A stretch of 64,000 nt of DNA from contig MCFE01000465.1 of the NCBI GenBank assembly GCA_002104905.1, positions 6,354 to 70,353 of the forward strand. Direction: 5' to 3'. Source of the DNA: Basidiobolus meristosporus CBS 931.73. Taxonomy: Eukaryota; Fungi; Basidiobolomycota. The notes below the pieces were generated by a model. It saw only the letters and a program-made list of their open reading frames with translations, ran no database searches and was not told the DNA's origin. Position numbers and translations under genes: made by a program. Positions 14,201 to 26,225 of the stretch are shown here, in pieces. Within the stretch, counting starts at the first letter, position 1, and each line of letters opens with the position of its first letter.

Positions 14201-14857
14201 CGCCCGGCAACAGAGAGTTATATCCTTTGATGAGCAACGATAATCGTTCGGGGTCTATGTTGGAGGAATGCGGATAAGTGTCGTCCAAGAGCTCATCCGT
14301 CCTGTCGTCCCCAAGGTCGTCTTCAACCATTCCGACTGTCGCCCTAACAACTGCATCCATCAAACTCAAATGCCTATCGGAGCGATGAATAGTGGAATAA
14401 GAGGAGGCAACGTCGATGTTTTCCGGATCATTCAGATTTCCGTAGAATGCCCCATAGTTCATTCCGCCTGAGTGATAGCTCCCATTTTCCATAGAAGCTG
14501 TTTGGCGTAACGGAAGCCCATAGTGAGTGGGCGAGGACTGAGATAAACCTTGCACTGTTGCATAATTATTGAAGGGCTGGTTAGAGTGCGATATTCCCAG
14601 CAAGCCAGGGCTAGCACTGTTGGCGTCGTTGAGAGCCCAGTTACTCAGCGCCAACGTCTGCGAACGAAGAGTATCAGGTGAGAGAGAGTATTCCTGACCT
14701 GAATAGAAAGTCTTAGTATACCGAAAACGCTCGAGCCGTTGTAAAGGGACCTACCAGCATCGTGCTCACTTTGAGGTCGACCAAACAAAGACTTGACGCT
14801 TTTGCGTTTACGAATGCTCTGAGCGGGGTTATCGACGGGTACGTTTATCCTATCCAT
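11279..14857 (-). CDS. VSB1: SulP/SLC26-family transporter with STAS and cyclic-nucleotide-binding domains (Vsb1/YGR125W-like vacuolar transporter), multi-exon
   Basis: [37 protein letters not shown] and many TM segments; STAS ([31 protein letters not shown]); cNMP domain ([33 protein letters not shown]). ATG at 14857. Confidence 0.85.
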
Positions 14858-17800
14858 GTTGGACTAAATAGCAAGACTTTCGTAAAGGCTCCGCTAAAGG
14901 GTATCCTGTAACCGTAGTGGCGTGGAGAAGAAAGGAATCGGTGCTAACGAGGGGTATAAACGTGGACTATCGATAGGGAGTTCGACTGTGCTCGGGGTAT
15001 GCGGAATACTACTATTAAAAAGGAAAGGCAGACGAGAGCTATGTAGATGTAACACCGTCTGAAGAATCTGGACTTCAGCAGGGTGATTTCATTTATAGGC
15101 AACTGACACTACCCTTTACCAATGACCCGAAGGGATTCGATTAACCAAATCAGCAAGTAAGCAACGTTGTGCCTAGCGATCAACCAAGAATCAGGTAATA
15201 AGAATACGATAAATGCGGCACAAAAGATATGAAAACATTTGAAATCACCACTAAAGGAGTTTCGTCGTCCGATTGTGACTTGCAAGGAGCCATTCAAGCA
15301 CTCACCATGTGACAATTAACCATTAGTCTAATCAATCAAGAACTCCATACGCATGGCTAGAAACATAAAACGTGGAGGGAGACACCAAATCCGTGGTAAT
15401 GATTTCAGAATGCATAAGTAGGAGTGAACGTTATTCCAAAACCCGGAGTAGGAAGCTCCTAGATGACAGTAATTAGGGGTATGCCAGAAACCTCATTGTA
15501 ATTGAAATACCGTGTGAGGCCACGATGGAGATGTGCCTGTAATTAGCATCCAGGCGAGATCAAGCTAATCTGAGTACAACATTGGCACTACGAAGCATAC
15601 TGGAGCCAAGGATAGATTAAAATGACACTTCGGAAGGGAACTATATTCGCATTTAATCAAGTAGAAAAAGGCAATACGCATGGCTCTGTTCGGCACCATA
15701 TAAATCCATACCACCCTCGCCAGACAGAGAATAAATAATCGAGAAAGCGGATCGTTGGAATGATGTCAGCTCAATGTTGTACATGAGTAGGACCCATTCT
15801 GGTGGAATGTTGCGAGAGGCCCATGCAATGTAGATACCTGTGATGGCTGCAGCCCTGAAGTCAAAGCTCTTTCGCACACACAATTGACATGTTCTTGTCC
15901 TAGCAATGGAGATTTCCGGACTTGCACTGCATCACTACCACCAAATGGTATACAGACTTCATGAATATCACACCCTTACCGCATTGGTGGTTCTTCAACA
16001 GTCAATGCGGTGCTGGCTTGGACACATGGTTTTGGAGTACACAATGTGCTGAATTTGCTTATTAGATCCACATTGCTGATGTATAGCCTATGTGCGGGTC
16101 TGGGATATTATGGTGAATGTATGATTGCTGGTATATTGAATCCGAGTTGGTATTGGTAAAAGTGGCCAGCAGTGTGATTGGTTATGCTCATAGCACAGTT
16201 CTATATCCAGCACCAGGACGACGCAAGCCATGTAAACACCTCTTATGGCTCTAATGAGTAATGGTTGGTAACCGTTATGTAACGTTCTCAGGATTTGGTA
16301 CTAATCACATATCAAACATGTAAATAACAAATTATGTAATGTTTGGTGGTTGATGATTGCTGATGACTACTAATGAATTTGAGACATACCCAAACCAAAG
16401 GGGTATCCTATCCAATAAAATCAGCAATCTACCACAGCCTGAACCGTAGAGGACCATCACCACCAACTGCAGCATCCCAGCGCTGTAACAAATGGTTATT
16501 AGATGTGAAGCTGAGCGGGAGAGAGGGAGTCAATTGGAAGAACGATTCGTTAACTTTCGTGAATGGTTGTTTATTTCGTGTGTACCTTTTGACAGACGAG
16601 GCCTGATGTCAGGGGCGCAAACACCCACAAACATCTTGCATGTCAATGCTCCCTTGAGTTCAAGGGACCACACAGCAATCACGATATTCCAATTTAGTAC
16701 TGCGCTGGTGGGCCCCCAGTACCTGAATTAACCTGCTCATCAGGAATGCAACCAAGTAGCAGGAAACTGCACATTCCTCAGTATATATGGAGCTACACTT
16801 GCGCTATGCGTTCACGGGATATATTCAGCATTTGACAACCATCCCATTAGATAAAAAACGAAGACACATACTACGTAGTTCGGTGGTGGTGCAGGTTCTG
16901 CCAACCTGCTCCAGAAGTAGTGGTGTGGCTCTGCCGAACAAGGTTTCCAGCGAAACAGTATCAAGGCAGTGCCCAATAGAGCGAATTCAAGAAATTAATA
17001 GAATTCCCATGTGACCAATGCAGGTCCAGAAAAGTCATTAAACAGTAAGAAAAGGATTGATCAAATATTTGTTATGTAGTGGCTGAATGCATATGATGGT
17101 ATGGTAACGAGAGGCTAAGGGAATGGGTCAACGTGTATCGAACAAGTCGGCGATGCGATAGACGAGAAAAGCTTACACCGACATGCATGAGAAGGCAGAT
17201 TAATATTAGCGTTGATTAGTTGCGCTCAATGTGATTCACCACCCAATTAAAAAATACAGTGCAATATATCAACTTGCAGAAGTGTTGCAAGAGAGGTATG
17301 TTTTGGAATCGGCAGCCAATTATAGGATTCGCCGTCTCGCTTGGTGGAGGTGTGAGATTGCGATGTGAGAATCTTGGAACTCGAGAACGCGTTGGAGGCG
17401 GATTTGATTGGCTACTATATATATCAAGTACAATAGATCCACCAATTCCCTTCAGATGCGCAAAATTGAAGCCAGTTATTTGATGTCTGAAGGTTACCTT
17501 TGAGAAAGGGGTGGACAAGGGAAGTGAAAGTCGCACACCTTTAATTATTATTTTCGATTGCAAATGTATTTGAAACATGCTCCAATCAGCCAACTTCGGG
17601 ATCCTGACTGACTTTCCCTAAAGTATATGAATGGTAGAAGCGCCAATTTCTCTCTGTTTGTCGGTAGGAATTGACATTCTCTTCAAAGTGGAACCCCACT
17701 CCGGCTTCGATTTTAAATATACGTGAGCATGCAGTTTGCACATTTCCCCAGAGACCACATGGTACCTTGGCCACTTGCTATTCAAGGCATGCTCTCGTTG

Positions 17801-17875
17801 CTTTGCTAACTTTGTCATGACACTTGTATTTCAATCTAGTTCGAAGCAAGAAATGAGTCGACTGAGGTAGCGCAC

Positions 17876-19225
17876 GTGGAGAGAATGAAGCACAATCTAG
17901 ACAAATACTCCGTGCTTCGAAAGCAAAGGTCAATGGATGTTCTGGAGAAGAATGCTCGGCCCAAGCAGCCTACCCGGGCTCGGAAAAGCTTAGGTAGCAT
18001 GGCCAGGGTGTCCACAGAGACTGACAGCAGCAGTGATTCAGAAAATGGTCTTTCTCTTGAGCACACCAAGGACTTTGCTTTGAATCTTTTCCGTCGCAAG
18101 AAGGATCGGAGGGAGTCAAGTCCGACTACGAGCTCGATAGGTTATAATCATTGTGAAACGGAGAAACATCTGTCTGAAATAAGAGCCGATCATCAGAGAA
18201 CACTTGCTGACGCTGGAGCACCATTGTCTCCTCCTCCTCGAAAGGAATCCATTTCTAGTAGTTCGGTTCCAATACATAGAATCCCTTCATCTCTGGTGCA
18301 CCCACATCAGAGAAACGACACGCAGATACCATCCAATACCTCTGAACACCCTCAGTATTATCCATCACAAGCGCACGCAGAACACACAAACTCAAGTACG
18401 AATTCACATAGTACAGGCCATGTATACCCGACATCCAGGAGCTGCACTTACAATGTAAATCGCCATAGTAGCCCAATGCCTGAAGTAGAAAGTGCAAACC
18501 ATCGCTCGACAAAAAACGTTCGATTTTCCATTACAAGAGGCAGTTCGCCCACGCTTCAAAGAATGTCTAATGTGGTTGGCGTACATAGAAGAAGCTCAAT
18601 ACGAGGACGTTATAGTTACAGCGGTAGTACTGACAAATCGACAAACCATCTCCAAGAAGAAGCACAGACATCGATCGAATATGATACTACCGAAAATAGT
18701 TCATCCTTAGCGGAATACCGGCTCACCACAGATGCCATAGATCATTCGATATACCAGACGGATGCCTTGACAGCGGAGGCAAGGTTTCAAAAGCAATTCC
18801 AGGTGGAGGTGTTCCAGCTTCCACCGAGTTCACGCGACAGCATTCTACGAGAAAGCAAGTCCCAAGAGTCCCCACTTTATACATCAAGCGACTCCAAGAG
18901 TACTGAGAACTCAGAGCAAGAAGACGATAACATTGCAAGTAGCGTGGAGGCGTCTCAAAACAATACGGGAAAGATGAAAAACGAAAGGGCGGAGTTGCTA
19001 CAGGAGATCGAACTCCTCCGACGGCAGCTAAAGGCTGAGACGGAGGCCAAGCAACAAGTAACGATTACCCTTGAAAATGCCCGGCGTCAGTTCGATCGTA
19101 TCTCAACCGCATCATTCCTCAAACTCAAGGAGGTTTCCAAAGAAAACAAACGCCTAGCTAACGAGTTAAAGGCCTTGAACGGGCGAGTGACTACTTCTGG
19201 ATACAGCTCTCGAAGGGCGAAGTAA
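17876..19225 (+). CDS. Uncharacterised Ser/Thr-rich disordered protein with C-terminal coiled coil; large terminal exon, with 5' exons probably at about 17.26-17.73 kb
   Basis: 449-codon open frame preceded by a tctag acceptor; heptad-rich C-terminus KNERAELLQEIELLRRQLKAETEAKQQVTITLENARRQ..ENKRLANELKAL. No family recognised. Confidence 0.65.
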   Translation: MERMKHNLDKYSVLRKQRSMDVLEKNARPKQPTRARKSLGSMARVSTETDSSSDSENGLSLEHTKDFALNLFRRKKDRRESSPTTSSIGYNHCETEKHLSEIRADHQRTLADAGAPLSPPPRKESISSSSVPIHRIPSSLVHPHQRNDTQIPSNTSEHPQYYPSQAHAEHTNSSTNSHSTGHVYPTSRSCTYNVNRHSSPMPEVESANHRSTKNVRFSITRGSSPTLQRMSNVVGVHRRSSIRGRYSYSGSTDKSTNHLQEEAQTSIEYDTTENSSSLAEYRLTTDAIDHSIYQTDALTAEARFQKQFQVEVFQLPPSSRDSILRESKSQESPLYTSSDSKSTENSEQEDDNIASSVEASQNNTGKMKNERAELLQEIELLRRQLKAETEAKQQVTITLENARRQFDRISTASFLKLKEVSKENKRLANELKALNGRVTTSGYSSRRAK

Positions 19226-19981
19226 ATTCTCCGGTGGTAGGGCTGATCTACTCGAATCCCTTTCAGACCGGTGCTTCATCTCAATTTCTGTAACCATATT
19301 TCATTCCTCCCCGTGCTCCTATCGCCCCCTCTCTTGTTCATGAAAGGCGAATTGACCGGAATGTAATTATCGTTGATTCTGATTTTGTCCATTTTGAGTT
19401 CACATTTCTTGGTGATGCTGGTACTGGGCGTTGCGCCATTTGTACTAGCGATCATATATCGATAATATTGGAGACAAGCTGAATTCCATTGGCTACATCG
19501 GGGCGTCGAAAGTAAGACAATGCTTGGTAGGTATAAATAGTGTTGAGACCCATGCATGCCCAACGCCAAACAATAAAGCTTATTTCTCCAAATCAACATG
19601 CTGAGTCAGCCCCTAGAGAAGCCAGATTCATTCGATCCCCGGAGAATGCTTGGGCATGTTGGCCAGCCTGTGGAGAAGGCTCGAACTCTGATTAGTGTCA
19701 GTGCTTCGCTATCTGACGCCGTATTTCAGGTTTGTAACTTAAAGTAGCAACCATTCGTGGTGACTATTTGAAACATCCGCGGCTCTCAGATGCCTACGAA
19801 GCCATTCAGCCATCGTTCGAACAGGGCAGCTTTAGACTACTCATATGAGAGCTGCCTTGTCAGAATTCTATATTATGCTCGAACTCTGACGCATAAATAA
19901 CCTTCTCTCCAAAAAAGGGAAATCATTCGTTTCCCATGGTACACGTGAGTGAACGCGGGGTTGGATCCGACTTTACCAAAG

Positions 19982-19988
19982 TATATAA
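19982..19988 (+). promoter_or_regulatory. TATA box of Kunitz gene 1
   Basis: TATATAA about 40 nt upstream of ATG 20028. Confidence 0.55.
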
Positions 19989-20027
19989 ACTCTGCTTCCC
20001 GAACTAGCGGCATTTAGGATTTCTATC

Positions 20028-20636
20028 ATGTACAAGCTTCTATATCTTATGGCGCTACCTCTTGCTGTATTATGCAAGTCCCCAACCACAGATCACTTAC
20101 CCCGACAGTGTTACCGTAAAGGAGATCCTGGAAGGTGCTTGGCCTATATTCCTAGTTGGGAATACAATCCTGCTACCAAAACCTGCCAGCAGTTCATCTA
20201 TGGTGGTTGCGGAGGCTACGTTCCATTTAAAAGCCTGGAGGAATGCCGTCGAGACTGTAGGGTCCCTGCTGGATCCAACAAGCCCAAGGCTTGCTACCGC
20301 AAAGGGGAGACCGGTCCATGCAGAGCAGTAATCCCGTCATGGCAATACAACACGAAGTCTGGAAAATGTGAAGAGTTCACCTATGGCGGATGCAAAGGGT
20401 ACGTTCCGTTCAAGACCGAAAACAGGTGTAGAGCCGAGTGCGAGGGGGAGAAACCCAATCCTTTACCAAAAGTCTGTAAACGGCGGGGTGAGACGGGGCC
20501 ATGTAGAGCATCGATTCGAGCGTGGGAGTATGATGAAGCTAGTGGTCAGTGTCGTTCATTCGTGTATGGTGGGTGTAAAGGATACGTGCCATTCAGAGCA
20601 AAGGAGCAATGCCAAAATACCTGTATTGCCAAGTAA
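20028..20636 (+). CDS. Secreted three-domain Kunitz/BPTI-type serine protease inhibitor, intronless
   Basis: Signal peptide MYKLLYLMALPLAVLC; three repeats of C-x8-C-x15-C-x7-C-x11-C-x3-C with F.YGGC; P1 residues L, R, R. Confidence 0.93.
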   Translation: MYKLLYLMALPLAVLCKSPTTDHLPRQCYRKGDPGRCLAYIPSWEYNPATKTCQQFIYGGCGGYVPFKSLEECRRDCRVPAGSNKPKACYRKGETGPCRAVIPSWQYNTKSGKCEEFTYGGCKGYVPFKTENRCRAECEGEKPNPLPKVCKRRGETGPCRASIRAWEYDEASGQCRSFVYGGCKGYVPFRAKEQCQNTCIAK

Positions 20637-22637
20637 TCTTTTACAACAATTCTATATTGCAGCAAATCGCGTATTCGAGGAATTTGTGTGGTATAAGTTG
20701 AATCCAGTAAAGAATTGATGAAAATACCGAACTTTCACCTGAATGTTACTATCCGGAAGTTCAATTGAACGGCGGGATAGTTGCACAGCTTCGGCCACAC
20801 TTTTGTTAAAAGATCGCTGGCCAAGCAGCAACACTCAGTGAAAATCGCAATTTAACTTGTTATATTTCAAAATGCACCACTGCGCTGCGTATCCGTAAAA
20901 GAGAACTTTCAACGGAAGGCAGTCCAGGCACAGGTTTGGTTTGAATCGATGATCAATTTTCCAGACACATCTATCGTAATGATTTGCGATACCATGGCAA
21001 TGTAATATATACATAAACAGTTGTAAGTGCTCATTATACTTGCACAAACATCCGGTTTCTCCTTTTGAGGCAGATTCTCGATATCAAGTGGTGTATGACG
21101 TTCTGAGTAGTACAATCATAAAGGAGGTGGCCAGTTATCAACATCTAGATTCATGTCATATTTCTGATGTTCAGGAAGGGTTAACATGAGTAATAATAAA
21201 TTCATGATATACATCAATTCTTTGTTAATCCATTGTGACCGCTAGCTTCTTGCAACCTAGGGCTTGCCATGTAATCAGGAATACCATATATGGTGGCAAG
21301 ATATTTACGTAGATAATCTTGTAAACAAACAAATAATTGATTCATTGCATTAAAATCGTTACCGCTCATCCCAAGTGTATTTTCAGGAAGATATATTCAA
21401 TCCTTCATTTACAGCTACTGGACTACTACAAATTCTGATGATGCAAGGATACTCGGAAAAATGGGAGTCTAAGAATTCATGAGGATTCCTTATATCTCAC
21501 CTATGTGTGCTCAGCGAGTGCATAGGAGATAATCCCAGCTGGGTTACATGTACTACACTAGCGTACTCTTGGCAAAAAGAATGCCAAGCTCCCAGGGATT
21601 CCAAAGGTACTTCATTGTTGCACTGGTCGTCTAAAACGTGCTACATGAACGGATAGTATTAATACAGGTCATTTCGATGCAACACTATTGTATCTATGAG
21701 ATAAGCGACCACTGTATCTCTGGGAGGTTACATCCCCTCAATGATACAAGCGGCGGGTCTAGGATTAAGGGTCTCTTGGATAAGAAGGGGGAATGCATCC
21801 CCTCTAGTTGAACAGCTCAAGCCCCCATTACTTTGTTATTTCAGCGTGAAAAGATGAAGTGTAGGTAGATTGATGGTTGAATCATAGGGATGTAATGGTA
21901 CTGAAATTCAGACTACTTTGATTCTGTAAAATAACATCAAGGCACCATATTGGTTTGGTTTATTATACTGAATGTGAATTGAATATGTATGGATGCGATG
22001 AGTGATGCTAAAAGGGAGCTTTATTAGCTTCAAGTGATATCAATATGGATGCATTAGTTAAACAGCTGCAACGCGTCAGATAGCATATCTTGTAACGATA
22101 GGCAGAAGACATCAAGATACCGTGGCTGTATTCTTACAATATTCTTACAATATCTGATAATTGTATCGGGGGTTGTGTGGGTGAAATTTGTTTCAAGCAC
22201 CAAATCCAGTGAATTTGTCCCATGTGACTGCCAAATATTAGCCTCTTTCGAGTATCAGGATAGTAGGTGCTTCAAATCATCTTGGAGTAAGAAAGCACGG
22301 AGGTGAAAGAAAGGGAATGAAGTAATCCCGTGTAAAAACTCTTAGTTAATCAAGTCGTACCACGTACATTACGAGCTATTATATCGGATATTATCGGTGA
22401 ATATATATACATCAAGGTGTAAAGATAAATGTCTCGGAAGATAACTACTTTCTCTGACCATTTGAAACAGCTTCATGCATCGTCAAACGTGTAGGAAACG
22501 CCTCGTTGAAATCATCCATTGAAAGCAATCTCTATACTATCGCTATCAACTTAGGCATTCACAGTATTTCATAGATATCATGTAGTGTATGGTGGGGCAT
22601 ATGAGAAGTAGCAGAGCTGTGTAGATATTACCCTGAA

Positions 22638-22644
22638 TATATAA
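22638..22644 (+). promoter_or_regulatory. TATA box of Kunitz gene 2
   Basis: TATATAA about 35 nt upstream of ATG 22679, the same position as in gene 1. Confidence 0.55.
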
Positions 22645-22678
22645 GGTCTATGTCTCCAACAACATTCTTCACACTGTC

Positions 22679-23224
22679 ATGTTCAAGATTGCTACTCTAG
22701 CTACTGTGGCACTTGCTGTGCTAAGCAGCCCTCTTGACGCACGCATGCTACCTGAAGTGTGCCAACGCAAGGGAGCACCGGGCATATGCAAAGCTTCTAT
22801 ACCTAGTTGGCAGTTCAACCCCGCTACAAAAAAATGTGAAAAATTCATCCACGGTGGCTGCGGTGGATTCGTCCCTTTCACAAGTTTAGAGAAATGCCAG
22901 GCTACATGTAACCCTGAGCCCAAACCAAAACCTGGCCCAGACAAGCTGAAGTCATGTTACAGTCCAGCAGATCCCGGGCCATGCAGAGCAAGAATCAGAT
23001 CATGGCATTACAACAAGTTTACCCAGAAGTGTGAAATGTTCCTGTACGGTGGATGTAAAGGAAATGTTCCATTCAAGTCCGTAGAAGACTGTAGACAGAC
23101 ATGTGAAGGGGAAGAGCCCAAGCATAAGCTTGAGACCAAACCTAAATCTAAGTCCAAGGCCGTGCCCAAGCTCAAGTCCAAGCCCAAGTCAGAGTCCAAA
23201 CCTAAACTGCTTGCAAAAGGCTGA
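22679..23224 (+). CDS. Secreted two-domain Kunitz/BPTI-type inhibitor with Lys/Pro/Ser-rich tail, intronless; paralogue of 20028-20636
   Basis: Signal peptide MFKIATLATVALAVLS; two complete 6-Cys Kunitz domains (P1 K and R); KPKS-repeat tail. Confidence 0.92.
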   Translation: MFKIATLATVALAVLSSPLDARMLPEVCQRKGAPGICKASIPSWQFNPATKKCEKFIHGGCGGFVPFTSLEKCQATCNPEPKPKPGPDKLKSCYSPADPGPCRARIRSWHYNKFTQKCEMFLYGGCKGNVPFKSVEDCRQTCEGEEPKHKLETKPKSKSKAVPKLKSKPKSESKPKLLAKG

Positions 23225-23377
23225 AACATTGAGGGAGTGTCTGCCTCATGCTAAGCATTTATCAAGGAATGGGACTATGGAAAAGCCAGTGATGAATGTA
23301 GCACATTCGTTTATAGTGAATGCAAGGAATGTGTACCAAGTAAACAGTAGTATCAAAATACTTGTAAAGTTCATTAG
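23222..23377 (+). pseudogene. Fossil third Kunitz domain of gene 2
   Basis: In-frame read-through of the stop gives *NIEGVSASC*AFIKEWDYGKASDECSTFVYSECKECVPSKQ*YQNTCKVH*, colinear with domain 3 of gene 1 (x8, x15 and x7 Cys spacing preserved). Confidence 0.85.
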
Positions 23378-26225
23378 GCTCACATAGAAGAATTCCGATA
23401 TAAAAACCTCCAGCACCTTACACTCAGACAACAGGAGCATTTGGACTAAATTCAATGTTGTAATATAATCATATTTGCTCGACAAGCAATATATAATATG
23501 CATGTATAATACATACCCACTTTGACATTAGTGAAAGACAGCATATTCCTTTCTTACTCAAGAGCTTGACTATCTGGGCATCTATCCGTACACATGATTG
23601 CAACTATTCAAGTCACGACACTGATACCTCATCTCATATGAGGGTGTCCTTATGCTCTCAAGTGCTAATCACTAAGACATCTTGACTATCTATTAGTTTT
23701 TTAAAAATTAATGGCGCATAGCGAATGATACTTCTGGAAGTTGAATTGGGAATTTGAGGTGATTTGGTGAGTGTTTTTACCAGCTGGACTGTAGCGTCAA
23801 GATTCTGTTGATTGTCGTATAAGTAGCTATAGGAATGTATTGTGGAAGCTCAGGAGAAGATGCATGCCAAACCCAGGGGCCTTTGGACTATTCTGCATTT
23901 CCACAATTCTGAAGAGTTGCAAAAAGATACGAAATTAAATCGTAGTTAATCTACTTGGCATATATGTCAGTTGCTTGGTCCTCTATGTTTTGCTTATTAT
24001 CGGATCAGCTTTACAATAAAGGACATGCGAGGACATAGCCTTGCAGAAAACTGTTTAAGCAAAATTGTATCAAAATTAGCCTTCTAGTGAGAGTCAATCC
24101 ACATACTCAACATCAATTGTCCATTGCAATATCCCATATTCATGGAAAAGACTCATAACAAAGAATAAAAGCATGGCAGTGTATGCCATGTTTCCAATGA
24201 GAAGCTATTATTATATTTAGTATGATGGACTTTGTAATAGTAGTAACCCTGGGGCAAAGCTTCTCTGATACTCCTTACCTGGAGAAATTCCTGTGGATGT
24301 GCCGCTTGTCAGCCCTATAAAAAATATCAAGCTTGAATCTCATATGGTATTTTGCTGGCGTTCTTACAGTATCCTGCTGGTGTTATTTAATCAAGGGTTT
24401 AAGTGTAAATATCTCAGGATTCAGTGGGCTGACTGTTATAATATTTGGCATGAAGAGCACTCAAGTACAACACCTTCTAAGACATATTTATCTTTGTCCT
24501 CAAAAAGGCTAGAGCCTCTTGTATTAGAAGATGTAATTTGAAGAAAAATTTCAGTTCTGCTAGTATTATGTTGACATTCTGTTGGTCATTAGTAAATTTT
24601 TATAGCGCAGCTTGTGGTGGAGTGTGCCTGAGCTCTAAAGCCTCAACTACTGCAGGGAAATTTCGAAACACAAAAGAGAAAGATTATTATTATTCTCATT
24701 AGTGTGAAGAAGGGAGCATTCTACTTGGCGATGCAATGTGCTGAAAGTGGAAGTGGAAACTTGGAAGCGATTTGGAGTATTTAGAGAAAAGCATGGTTTT
24801 TCCTTTTTAGATTTAGAGCTGAACTATTTAAAATTTGGCGTGAACTTTGTGAGAATAATCTTATCGCCATATTCACAAAGACCTTTGGGAGTTATATGAG
24901 AAGTTCGGGGTCACTTTGAAGAGTTCGAAAGTTTTGTAACTTCCAGTATTTCTACTACTTACAAGAAATAGCGAACATCATATAAAACTGGTTTGAAGTA
25001 AACAAGCATGCATTGATGAAATCGCTAAAAATGAACAAGCAATGCACGTAATACACATTCCGTACCTTGCCATTTTGACCTTTAAAGGCACCGAAATAAA
25101 GACCCCAAACTCTGCGCGTACCTTCCCACCAAGTCATCCTGTATTTAGTTTGGAAAGCGCTACAAAATATAGCAATGGATTTCTCCAAATTGATAAATCT
25201 ACAAGTGAAAGCATACTTCCCTCCAACATTCCCTATATCACATAAGCCTCAATTCCACCTGTTTTAAAACCCGGCTTCTATTGTTCATCTGCAAAACGAC
25301 ATGGCGTATGTGACTTGCATATCATCTACTTGGAATACTATATATGGGAGATTTTCTGACATATGATATCGAAATGTGAGTTTCTAGTTTAAATGCCAGA
25401 ATGCTAGTAGTGAATGGATAGGGTCAACTCAGAGTAGCAGAAACCTGAATATTCATAGGTATATTACAATACAAGGCTCATGGGTAGATGCATAACGTGA
25501 GAACACAGCTTAGCATACTGGACAAATGGTGTAATGTATTCCACAAAAACCCTTAGTGATCACAGGATACCAACTATTAAGCGCAACAAACCAGTGCATA
25601 GTATCGATGTATCTTACTGAGGTCAAATTCGTAACCATTCTACACATTAATATCCATGAACCTTCGCATTAATACCGTTACATGACTTGCTGTTCTAGGA
25701 GGTTCACTGAGCGAATCAGCATCTCTGGTTAATACATTCTATGTACGAAGTTTAAAAGTGCTACTTCCCTGACCCGATTCTGCCGGCAATACTAGAAGCA
25801 GTTTATCTGAATGTACTTCTACCAAACAGGCTTAGTCCGGATGCAATGAATCTTGCCTAGATCTAGACTACCAATAATGCCACAGGACGTCCAGATATCA
25901 GACTTGAGATGCATAGGATTGTACTCCCGGTGCTAATTGTCACTGTGCTTACGAAAAACGGGTTTCTAATATTAGATGTAACCCATCATCGTTATTGATG
26001 GGAACAATGGCGAGTCTCAATTCAATCAATCATATGAGAAATTGTTGGCAGTTGTGGAAGATCTTTTTTGCTTTATTATCAAATGATATGTAATGCGTAT
26101 AGTCAAAAATAATAGGCGAACATATTAAGTATTTCAAGAACTGAACGTATAATGAAATAAATTAGACCTCTAGACAGATTACCTCTGTCCATCTAGATGC
26201 CCCAGTATATAGTATGAAATAGAAT

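Noticed and set aside
22150-22230. CIGGCVGEICFK, faintly like the Kunitz YGGC.G..PFK motif
   Set aside because: No upstream Cys spacing, signal peptide or open frame; likely chance.
23222-23224. TGA exactly at a conserved Cys position of Kunitz domain 3: possible selenocysteine or read-through
   Set aside because: It is followed in frame by TAA (23252) and TAG (23348), a Cys5>Tyr change and a 2-codon deletion, so the domain is simply decayed.
23400-26100. AT-rich, CpG-poor region with splice-like signals and short hydrophobic frames (possible decayed gene or TE)
   Set aside because: No motif or consistent frame could be assembled, so it cannot be supported without a homology search.
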